Positions 56,201 to 64,000 of a stretch of DNA of 64,000 nucleotides are shown in pieces. Source of the DNA: Dehalococcoidia bacterium. Lineage in GTDB: Bacteria > Chloroflexota > Dehalococcoidia > Bin125. The stretch is taken from NCBI GenBank assembly GCA_963663895.2, contig CAXXRD010000003.1:160001-224000 (forward strand), written 5' to 3'. Position numbers and translations under genes: made by a program. Position 1 is the first letter of the stretch. Each line of letters opens with the position of its first letter. Under the pieces are notes generated by a model. That model worked only from the letters and a program-made list of their open reading frames with translations. It had not been told where the DNA came from and did no database searches.

Positions 56201-58015
56201 CTAACCGTCGGCCTCCTCGAAAAGACTGTCCAAGAGATCGCCTCCTCCGGGTAACGCGTCATTCCCGCCACTGCCCGATCCGGCGCTTTCGGCCGTTCCC
56301 TCTTCAGGCACGGACGAGAGAGTATCGATAATCTCGACCTTAATGCGGAAGTCAAAGGGGGAGATCAGCGGCATAAAACTCGGCGTCACGTCGATCCGGG
56401 CAGGCTCCCGCAGACGCAGCGCGCCATTCAGCTTGGATTCAGCGCTGCTCACGCGTTCGAGCCGCACGGCGCGCTCCACTGCTTCCGGAATGATGATGGG
56501 TGCGACGTGTCCCTCCAGCATCATATCGAAGCTGATTGCGTCGAGCGTTTCGTTGACCGAGACCTCACTAATAGCCACCGGCTCCAACGACTCCGTCACC
56601 ACCGCAAAGCCCGCGCCTTGCGTGCGGTGAATCTCGCGCGCCGCAAGCGATCGGATCTCGTCGACCGGCACGCCAATCACGGAGACGGCGGCGACGGTCG
56701 TCACCGCAAGCGTATCGCCCGGCTGGTCGAGTTCAGGCAGGAACTCCTCGCTCAACACCTCGACTTTCAGCGTATCGGAGTGGAAAACGAAGCGCCCGTG
56801 AGCCTGCCGTTCCAACACCTCAAGCGCACGAACGCGAAGGGTGTGCGCACCGGCGCGGCGCACGCGGTCGATATCCAGGGAGTGGGGACCCCGGAGGCGG
56901 GTCGCGCCGCCGCCAGTGGTGGGATCCGGGTTGCTCACTTCGGCCTGGCCTGCCAGGGAAAGGCCAGGCAGGGTGACCGTGCCAGCGGGCACATTGCCTT
57001 CCGGTCCAACCCGCTCCGCTTCAATGCCGGTGACGGCAACCGAACCGTGGCCCGCGGGAACGACTACCGCCTCGGTGGTACGGAAGCGCGCCCCGCTGAT
57101 CGCGCCGACATCGGTACCGACGGGTATGTCCAAAGGGAGCGGGGTTCGGTTTGCGATGCGCAGCGTTCCCGTCGCACGGGTACCGGAGGCCGCCACGTGG
57201 CCGGTCGTGGCGACGGTGTCTGTTGCGATGATCTCCACCGTCAAACGCTCGGCCGGGAGCATGCCCTCCTCGGCCACATCCCCCTCGCCGAGCACACGCG
57301 CTTCCACAACAAGCGGAACAGCAACCGCCGTGAGTTCGGGCGCCAGCCGCACCGTAGCGGAAGGACCGAACGCAGCGGCGCCCACCACCGCAACCGGAAG
57401 GGCAGCGAGCGTCATGAGCCGGATCACGAGGTCGGAAGAGGGCAGGGGCAACGCGAGGAAACCCAGCCGCAGGTAGCGGGGCATGAGACGGCCGTGCCTA
57501 ATCTCGCGGCCTCGCATAGAGCCGACAACCACGAGGCCTTCGTCGCGTGCCAGCCGACGGATGCGGCCGTTGCGTGTTTGCAGAACGAGGTGCAGGCGCG
57601 TGGCGTCGACATGGCGGCGGAGAAGCCGCATGCCGAGCTGGGAGCGCAACGACTCGTTGCGCCGATCGATACGAGCAACGACGGTCAGACCCGGACCGGC
57701 ATGGAGCTTCGAGCGAATCGAGGCGATGTCGTCGTGGCGTTCGATCTGGACGGTGCGGAACAATTCGACGCCGGGCGGAACGACCTCGGGCGAGACGACG
57801 GGGGCGGATACGGTATCCCCCGCTTGCGTTCGCTCGGCGGTTACCGGCGCGGGTTCGGAGGGCCCAGCGCCACGGCGAAAACGCCACGCGAACAAGCGTG
57901 CCCGCCACAAGGCAACGCGCAAGCGGGTCGCCAGCGCCGCGCGTGCGTGCCGCCCCCGTATGAGCCAAGCCACCGCACGAGCCTTCGACCTGCTGCCGCG
58001 AGCGGGGCGCTGCAT
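56201..58015 (-). CDS. Membrane-anchored baseplate J/gp47-like protein
   Basis: N-terminal DDIASIRSKL...RRLARDEGL domain, a TM segment, then RATGTLRIAN...IPVGT...RFRTTEAVVVP...GPEGNVPAGTV...VSNPDPTTGG; start uncertain. Confidence 0.8.
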   Translation of the reverse strand: MQRPARGSRSKARAVAWLIRGRHARAALATRLRVALWRARLFAWRFRRGAGPSEPAPVTAERTQAGDTVSAPVVSPEVVPPGVELFRTVQIERHDDIASIRSKLHAGPGLTVVARIDRRNESLRSQLGMRLLRRHVDATRLHLVLQTRNGRIRRLARDEGLVVVGSMRGREIRHGRLMPRYLRLGFLALPLPSSDLVIRLMTLAALPVAVVGAAAFGPSATVRLAPELTAVAVPLVVEARVLGEGDVAEEGMLPAERLTVEIIATDTVATTGHVAASGTRATGTLRIANRTPLPLDIPVGTDVGAISGARFRTTEAVVVPAGHGSVAVTGIEAERVGPEGNVPAGTVTLPGLSLAGQAEVSNPDPTTGGGATRLRGPHSLDIDRVRRAGAHTLRVRALEVLERQAHGRFVFHSDTLKVEVLSEEFLPELDQPGDTLAVTTVAAVSVIGVPVDEIRSLAAREIHRTQGAGFAVVTESLEPVAISEVSVNETLDAISFDMMLEGHVAPIIIPEAVERAVRLERVSSAESKLNGALRLREPARIDVTPSFMPLISPFDFRIKVEIIDTLSSVPEEGTAESAGSGSGGNDALPGGGDLLDSLFEEADG

Positions 58016-58019
58016 CGAA

Positions 58020-60665
58020 TCAGCGGCTGCGCTGACTCCGCACGCCCGCCGCCGCCGCAGCGAGTGCGTCGTCCAAGCGGGCCGCGTCCTTTCCACCCGC
58101 CTGTGCCATCTCCGGCCGACCCCCGCCCCCGCCGCCGGCAACGGCCGCCACGCCCTTAATCAGCTTGCCGGCGTGCAGGCCGCTCGCGACGAGATCCTCG
58201 GAGACCATCGCAACGAAGACCGGTTTCTCCTTAGCCACGGCACCGAGCACGATCACCCCGCTCCCGAGCCGCTTGCGGACGGCGTCGCCGATTTGGCGGA
58301 GTGCGTCCGTAGACGCGGCATCGACACGACCGACGACCAGCTTGACGCCGTCGATCTCCTGCGCCAGGGCGACGAGCCTCTCGGCTGAACCAGCGCTGGC
58401 CTGCCGCTCCACAGCCGCGAGTTGACGGCGGGCATCGTCGAGATCGCTCTGGAGCGCTGCGAGACGGGCTGGAACCTCAGCCGGTGCGACACGAAGCGAA
58501 TCCGCGACGTCCGTCAGAATCTGGAGTCGCTTCTCACGCCAAACATCGGCAGCAGCTCCGGTGAGCGCCTCGATACGACGCAAACCGGCGCCGACGCTTC
58601 CCTCCGAGATGATCTGGAAGGCCCCGATGTAACCCGTCGTCGGCGCGTGCGTGCCGCCACAGAGCTCCTTGCTGAAGCAATCGTGAACGGCCGGATCAGG
58701 ATCACAGATATGGACGACGCGCACATCGGCGCCGTATTTCTCGCCGAAGATCGCCATGGCGCCCGACGCGACGGCATCTTCGAAGGACATCGCATCGGCG
58801 CCAACCGGTAAGTCCTCGCGGATGCGCGTCCTGATCAGGCGTTGGACCTCGGCCAGTTGCTCGTCACGAGGAGCTTGAGACTGCGTATAGTCAAAGCGGA
58901 GCCGGTCCGGGGCGACAAGCGAGCCACCCTGGCGAACGTGATCACCAAGGACCTCGCGCAATGCTGCGTGGAGGAGGTGCGTCGCGGTGTGGTTCCGCAT
59001 CGTGTCACGCCGCCGATCCCCATCAACGAGCGCCTGCACGGCGGCCCCCTCCCGCAAGGTCCCCCACACGACCTCTCCACGGTGCGCGATCAGGTCGCCA
59101 TAGGCTTGGGTATCGTCGACGCGAAGCTCGCCCGCAGGCCAGACCAAGCGTCCGACATCTCCCACCTGCCCACCCCCTTCCGGATAGAAGGGCGTTTGGT
59201 CGAGAACGACGCTCACCGACGCGCCGAGTGCCGCTTCATCGACTCGCCGGCCGTCTTGGACCAAGGCCACCACGCTGGCCGGATGGGCGGTGTGCCCGTA
59301 GCCGAGAAAAGTGGAGGCGCCGCCGATCTCGGCATAGGCAGCATCGTCTGCAGCGACGCGGAACTCGGCCGTGGCACGGCCACGCGCACGCTGCGCGGCC
59401 ATAGCGACTTCGAAGCCAGCCTCGTCGACGCCGAAGCCCGCGCGCGCCGCGATCTCTCGTGTGAGATCCGGCGGGAATCCGTAGGTATCGTAGAGGCGAA
59501 AGAGCGTGTCCCCAGAAATAAACCGCCTCCCGGCGCGGGCAAGATCCGGAAGGATTTGCTCGTCCAGCAAGCGCTGACCCGTCGCGAGCGTCCGGCGGAA
59601 ACGCTCCTCTTCCTGTCCGAGGACCTGCGCCACCAGCGCCGCGTTCTCTTGGAGCTCGGGATAGGCCTGGCCCATCCGCTCACGGACACGCGCCGCAACG
59701 TCTGGAAGCAGCGCATCGTTGATTCCCAGGGTGTGGGCCATGTAGAGGGCGCGCCGGATCAGGCGGCGCAAGACGTAGCCTCGGCCTTCGTTGCTCGGCA
59801 GAACGCCGTCCGCAGCCAAAAAGGTCATGGCCCGTCCGTGCTCGGCAACGACGCGCAGAGCACGCTGGTCGTCGGCGCCGACCGAGGCGTATTCCCGCCC
59901 GCAGCGGCCAGCGATGTAGGCGAGGAGAGGAGCAAAGAGGTCGGTCTCATAGAGGTTGCGCTTGCCTTGCATGACCATGGCCCAGCGCTCCAGGCCGGCG
60001 CCGGTGTCGATGTTCTTAGCGGGCAGAGGCGTTTCGCTGCCGTCGGCTCCTTGGAGGAACTGCATGAAAACAAGGTTCCAGATCTCGAGGTAGCGGCCGG
60101 TTTCGTCGCGAGGCTCGGAGTCTTGGTCCCCGTCCGCCTCTGGTCCAAAGTCGTAGTAGATCTCAGAGCAGGGGCCGCAGGGGCCGTCGACGCCAGCGGA
60201 CCAGTAGTTCCCTTCCGCTTTGCCGTAGCGATAGATCTTGCTCGCCGGAACGCCCAGCTTGCGCCATCCCTCGAAGGCCTCCTCGTCGTCATGAAAGATC
60301 GTTGTCACGAGGCGATCCGCAGGGATGGCCAGCTCTTGCGTCACCAGCTCCCAAGCGAAGGCTTGGGCCTCTACCTTGAAGTAATCCCCAAACGAGAAGT
60401 TCCCAAGCATCTCGAAGAACGTGAGATGCGAGTCATCACCGACCTCATCGACATCAGTGGTGCGGAAGCACTTCTGGATCGAAGCCAAGCGCGGGCGCGG
60501 CGGCGTCGCCTGGCCGAGGAAGTACGGCTTGAAGGGAACCATTCCGGCGCTGGTGAAGAGCAGCGTCGGATCGCCGGGCGCAACAAGCGGCGCACTCGCA
60601 ACTTCCAGGTGGCGGTACCGAACAAAGTGATCGAGGAAACGACGACGGATCTCGCTGGCGTCCAT
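58020..60665 (-). CDS. alaS: Alanine-tRNA ligase
   Basis: DPTLLFTSAGM, FFEMLGNFSFGDYFK, IDTGAGLER, LYDTYGFP, NHTATHLL, ELCGGTH, GGGGRP. Confidence 0.98.
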   Translation of the reverse strand: MDASEIRRRFLDHFVRYRHLEVASAPLVAPGDPTLLFTSAGMVPFKPYFLGQATPPRPRLASIQKCFRTTDVDEVGDDSHLTFFEMLGNFSFGDYFKVEAQAFAWELVTQELAIPADRLVTTIFHDDEEAFEGWRKLGVPASKIYRYGKAEGNYWSAGVDGPCGPCSEIYYDFGPEADGDQDSEPRDETGRYLEIWNLVFMQFLQGADGSETPLPAKNIDTGAGLERWAMVMQGKRNLYETDLFAPLLAYIAGRCGREYASVGADDQRALRVVAEHGRAMTFLAADGVLPSNEGRGYVLRRLIRRALYMAHTLGINDALLPDVAARVRERMGQAYPELQENAALVAQVLGQEEERFRRTLATGQRLLDEQILPDLARAGRRFISGDTLFRLYDTYGFPPDLTREIAARAGFGVDEAGFEVAMAAQRARGRATAEFRVAADDAAYAEIGGASTFLGYGHTAHPASVVALVQDGRRVDEAALGASVSVVLDQTPFYPEGGGQVGDVGRLVWPAGELRVDDTQAYGDLIAHRGEVVWGTLREGAAVQALVDGDRRRDTMRNHTATHLLHAALREVLGDHVRQGGSLVAPDRLRFDYTQSQAPRDEQLAEVQRLIRTRIREDLPVGADAMSFEDAVASGAMAIFGEKYGADVRVVHICDPDPAVHDCFSKELCGGTHAPTTGYIGAFQIISEGSVGAGLRRIEALTGAAADVWREKRLQILTDVADSLRVAPAEVPARLAALQSDLDDARRQLAAVERQASAGSAERLVALAQEIDGVKLVVGRVDAASTDALRQIGDAVRKRLGSGVIVLGAVAKEKPVFVAMVSEDLVASGLHAGKLIKGVAAVAGGGGGGRPEMAQAGGKDAARLDDALAAAAAGVRSQRSR

Positions 60666-60783
60666 GCGTGTGCCCGGTGGCGTCCTCTTCGAGCGCGCCC
60701 CCGCCGGCGCATCTGTCTCAGTATAAACGCCGATCTCTTTGAAGCTCGCTGCGCGCGCGCCCGTTCCCAGAAGCTCTCTCCAG

Positions 60784-60813
60784 TTGACATCTCAGCGCGG
60801 GAGTTCTTAGCGT
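60784..60813 (+). promoter_or_regulatory. Sigma70-type promoter upstream of glmU
   Basis: TTGACA-N18-TAGCGT. Confidence 0.5.
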
Positions 60814-61007
60814 GAAAGGATAAGTGCGAACCAGGACGAGCAGCCCCCTGGTCGAGCCTGCAGTAAGAAACGCTTGGATTCGTCCGCCGTCCCTTCTAGT
60901 CCTCCATCCAGTAGCGCTTCGCGCAGCGTGAGCCTGACGGCATCTCACCCACGGGCAGCGCGACAAGAGAGCGCTGACAGCGCCCCCGTCATAGCTCGGC
61001 GTTACCC

Positions 61008-62363
61008 GTGACGGCCGCCATTGTGTTGGCAGCAGGCGCGGGGACGCGCATGCGTTCGGCGTTGCCGAAGGTGCTCCAGCCTGTGTGCGGCCGGGCCATG
61101 GTCCTGCATGTGCTACACGCGCTGCGTGAGGCAGGGGTTGAGCGAACGGTGGTCGTCATCGGACACGGGGGCGCAGCGGTACGCGCCGCCGTGGAGGGAT
61201 GTGGGCAGGCGCCCAACGTGGCGTACGTCACGCAGGCCGAACCACGAGGTACCGGCCACGCCACACTACAAGCGCGCACTATCGCGGGCGACGGGCGGGT
61301 GCTGGTGGTGAATGGCGACATGCCCCTTGTGAGCGCCGACCAATTGCGCACCATGCTTGAGGCAAACGCCGCATCCGCAGCCGTGGCGACGGCCGAAGTG
61401 CCAGACCCACACAACATGGGCCGCCTTGTGCGCAGCGAAGCGGGAGGCATTGCGGCGATCGTCGAAGAAGCGGACTCCGATGCGGCCACGGCCGCGATTC
61501 GCGAGGTCAACCTGGGGATCTACGCGTTCGAAGGATCGTGGCTCTGGCACACGCTCGCCACACTGGCCCCGAGCACGAGCGGCGAGATCTACCTGACGGA
61601 TGCGGTCACGGTCGCGGCAAGGGAAGGCGGTGCGCTGCCCGTCCCCGTATCGGCACCGGACGGGCGGATCAACGTCGAAGACCGGGCGGATCTCATGCGC
61701 GCGGAGCACGTGATGCGGCACCGCATCCAAGAGCATTGGCTTACTCGGGGCGTGTCGATCGTGGATCCGGAGACGACGTACATCGACGCGGACGTCGTCA
61801 TCCACGGTGACACCGTACTGGAACCGGGAACACATCTGGGCGGCTCGACGGTAGTGGGCGAACGCTGCACGCTCGGCCCCAATGCCGTAGTACGCAACTG
61901 CCAACTCGGCGATGGCTGCCGACTGGAAAGCTGCACGTTGGAAGGCGCGGTATTGGGCGCGGAGGTAACAGTGGGTCCGTACAGTACGATCCGCCCCGGC
62001 AGCGTGCTGGACGACGGCGTGCACATCGGAACACACGCGGAGGTCAAAAATGCTCGTCTGCACAGGAACGTGCGGATGGGACATTTCTCCTACGTAGGCG
62101 ATGCAGAGGTGGGAGCGGAGACCAACATCGGTGCCGGTGTGATCACCTGTAACTTCGACGGGAGAGCGAAGCACCGCACCGTGATCGGCCAGCAAGCCTT
62201 CATCGGCAGCGACACATTGCTGATCGCACCTATCGAGCTGGGCGACGGGGTATCGACGGGCGCGGGCTCGGTGGTGAACAAATCCGTGGAGGCGGGCGGC
62301 CGGGTGGTCGGGAATCCGGCGCGCCGGGTGCGGAAGACGCCAACGGCGGAGAAGCGGCCGTGA
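61008..62363 (+). CDS. glmU: Bifunctional UDP-GlcNAc pyrophosphorylase / glucosamine-1-P acetyltransferase
   Basis: LAAGAGTRMRSALPKVL, GTGHA, GDMPL, EIYLTD, hexapeptide repeats, HFSYVGDA, NFDG. Confidence 0.97.
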   Translation: MTAAIVLAAGAGTRMRSALPKVLQPVCGRAMVLHVLHALREAGVERTVVVIGHGGAAVRAAVEGCGQAPNVAYVTQAEPRGTGHATLQARTIAGDGRVLVVNGDMPLVSADQLRTMLEANAASAAVATAEVPDPHNMGRLVRSEAGGIAAIVEEADSDAATAAIREVNLGIYAFEGSWLWHTLATLAPSTSGEIYLTDAVTVAAREGGALPVPVSAPDGRINVEDRADLMRAEHVMRHRIQEHWLTRGVSIVDPETTYIDADVVIHGDTVLEPGTHLGGSTVVGERCTLGPNAVVRNCQLGDGCRLESCTLEGAVLGAEVTVGPYSTIRPGSVLDDGVHIGTHAEVKNARLHRNVRMGHFSYVGDAEVGAETNIGAGVITCNFDGRAKHRTVIGQQAFIGSDTLLIAPIELGDGVSTGAGSVVNKSVEAGGRVVGNPARRVRKTPTAEKRP

Positions 62364-63655
62364 GCGGCGGGTCGATCGTAGCGGTGGCCATCCTCCTCGC
62401 CTCGACGGCGCTCCTGGTCCTGCTAGCCAGCGCCGAGGTCGGCGTGATCAGCGTGAGCCGCTCGCGAGCGCGGCTACTGTTGGACAAGGAGCCGGAGAAT
62501 CCTCGTGCGCGCTGGCTGCACGACGTGATCCAAGAGCGCGAGCGCGCGCTGGGCTCGTTCGCGCTAGGCCGCAGCCTCACGGTCGTCACAGGACTCGCAG
62601 CAGCCATCTACCTGCTCGCGCGAGAAGTCGAATTCAGCTGGCAGGTGGTCGTGGGAACGGCGGCGATCGGCTTCGTGGTGGTCGCGCTGTTGCAGGCGGT
62701 ACCCCGCCGGCTGGCAGAGACAAGCCCCGAAGGATTCGGCCTGCGCCTAGCGCCGACGATGCGTCGCTTCCAAGCCGTTTTCCGGGTTCCCGCGGCGGTA
62801 TTCGAAGCCCCCGCCGTCCTCGCGCGGCCAATCACGCGCGCGACGACGCGCGGTCCCATGGAACCGGAGCCCTTGGAGTTGCTGCTAGCACGTGAAGAAA
62901 GCGGCGACGGTATCGAGGCCGACGAGCGCGAGATGATCCGCGGCGTCTTCGAGATCGGGGAGACGGCCGTACGGGAGGCGATGGTCCCGCGACCGGACAT
63001 CGTAGCCATCGAAATGGAGTCCAGCTTGCCCGCCGCCGCCGAGACGGCGGTACAGCGCGGCGTCTCCCGCATGCCCGTCTACGAGAAAACGATCGACAAC
63101 GTCGTGGGGGTGCTGTACGCGCGGGACATCCTCGCTTCCCAGGTAGCGGGAGATCCCGGTCGGAGCGTGCGCGAGCTGATGCGACGGCCGCTGCTGGTGC
63201 CCGAATCCAAGCGGCTGGACGAGATGCTGGCGCAGTTTCGTCGCAGCCGGGTGCACATCGCGATCGTCCTCGACGAGTACGGTGGCACGGCCGGGCTGGT
63301 GACGATGGAGGATCTGCTGGAAGAGATCGTAGGGGAGATCGAAGACGAGTACGACACCGGCACCGCCTCGGTTGTGCGGGTGTCAGAGCACGAAGCCTGG
63401 TTGGACGGGCGCGCGTCGATCGACACACTCAAAGAGCTGTTTGAGGTACAGATTGAAGAGGGCGACTTCGACACCGTCGCCGGCTACGTATTCGAGCGGC
63501 TGGGGAAGATCCCCGCCGTGGGCGACGCGGTCCAAGTGAACGGCCTAACGATTGCCGTACAGAGCATGACGGGCCACCGCATCGCCAAGCTGCGCGTGCG
63601 CCGACCGGCGCCCGCGGCCGCGGACGCCGCCGACGATGCGGCGGCCGAGGCGTAG
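62360..63655 (+). CDS. Hemolysin/CNNM-family protein (DUF21-CBS-CorC)
   Basis: TM N-terminus, EREMIRGVFE...VREAMVPR, SRMPVY, DEYGGTAGLVTMEDLLEEIVGEIEDE. Confidence 0.93.
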   Translation: MSGGSIVAVAILLASTALLVLLASAEVGVISVSRSRARLLLDKEPENPRARWLHDVIQERERALGSFALGRSLTVVTGLAAAIYLLAREVEFSWQVVVGTAAIGFVVVALLQAVPRRLAETSPEGFGLRLAPTMRRFQAVFRVPAAVFEAPAVLARPITRATTRGPMEPEPLELLLAREESGDGIEADEREMIRGVFEIGETAVREAMVPRPDIVAIEMESSLPAAAETAVQRGVSRMPVYEKTIDNVVGVLYARDILASQVAGDPGRSVRELMRRPLLVPESKRLDEMLAQFRRSRVHIAIVLDEYGGTAGLVTMEDLLEEIVGEIEDEYDTGTASVVRVSEHEAWLDGRASIDTLKELFEVQIEEGDFDTVAGYVFERLGKIPAVGDAVQVNGLTIAVQSMTGHRIAKLRVRRPAPAAADAADDAAAEA

Positions 63656-63656
63656 A

Positions 63657-64000
63657 GTGACCACCAAAGCGGCCCCGGCGAGGACGACGATCTCGGAAGA
63701 AGAGCTGGCCCACCGGCTCGCCTTCGCCCGGGTACCGAGGATCGGCAGTCGCCGCACGGAGCTGCTGGAAGCGCACTTCCCCAGCCTGAAGGAAGCTTGG
63801 CAGGCAGACAGGGGCGAACTCCAGGCGGCCGGGCTCGACGCCGGCACGATCCGATCGCTACAGCAACACCGAGCCCATATCAAGCCGGAAGCCGAGATCG
63901 AGCAGTTGGTTGCCGCCGGAGTGACTGCGATTCCCTGGAACGATCCTCGCTATCCGCCGCGCTTGCGCGAGATCGACGAGCGGCCGCCAGTTCTATTCAT
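63657..64000 (+). CDS. dprA: DNA-processing protein DprA (5' part, runs off the window; not in the ORF track)
   Basis: LAFARVPRIGSRR...HFPSLKEAWQA...IPWNDPRYPPRLREIDERPPVLF. Confidence 0.9.
   Translation, partial: MTTKAAPARTTISEEELAHRLAFARVPRIGSRRTELLEAHFPSLKEAWQADRGELQAAGLDAGTIRSLQQHRAHIKPEAEIEQLVAAGVTAIPWNDPRYPPRLREIDERPPVLF

Noticed and set aside
60780-60990. 6S RNA or glmS ribozyme
   Set aside because: Only a short 3' resemblance to 6S (agcctg..ggcatctc) with no complementary 5' arm; the glmS core is absent.
1-64000. CRISPR array, rRNA, IS transposase
   Set aside because: No regularly spaced repeats, rRNA-like sequence or transposase motifs were seen by eye.

Overview
High-GC bacterial chromosome segment. 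Gene content and order suggest Chloroflexota, probably Dehalococcoidia-like (inference, no database search run). Two housekeeping blocks flank an accessory zone. The left block (1-18.0 kb) holds a nuoE-like gene, ftsY, smc, rnc, a CCA-adding-family enzyme, an exonuclease-DinG, ispE, rsmA, the large SRP RNA and lepA. The right block (38.4-64 kb) holds thrS, accC/accB, infC-rpmI-rplT, pheST, moeA, aroKB/aroC/aroE, mltG, ruvX, a baseplate-J-like gene, alaS, glmU, a CBS/hemolysin-family gene and dprA. The ~20 kb accessory zone (18.1-38.3 kb) is organised around tRNA-Leu(TAG), tRNA-Lys(CTT) and tRNA-Val(GAC). Its most interesting part is a candidate defence island at the 3' side of tRNA-Lys. It contains a tyrosine integrase, phage-like remnants, a DUF5343-like + TIGR02391/Ymh (HEPN-like RxxxxH) gene pair, and an XhoI/PaeR7I-family restriction-modification system bracketed by two direct copies of a small Myb/SANT-like ORF, one of them decayed. 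Other oddities are an NCS2 permease fused to a degenerate anti-sigma-kinase-like domain, a PHD-finger-like protein, an apparently inactivated restriction-fold protein, a lone membrane-anchored baseplate-J protein, and probable ATC and CTG start codons. All family assignments are by motif recognition only.
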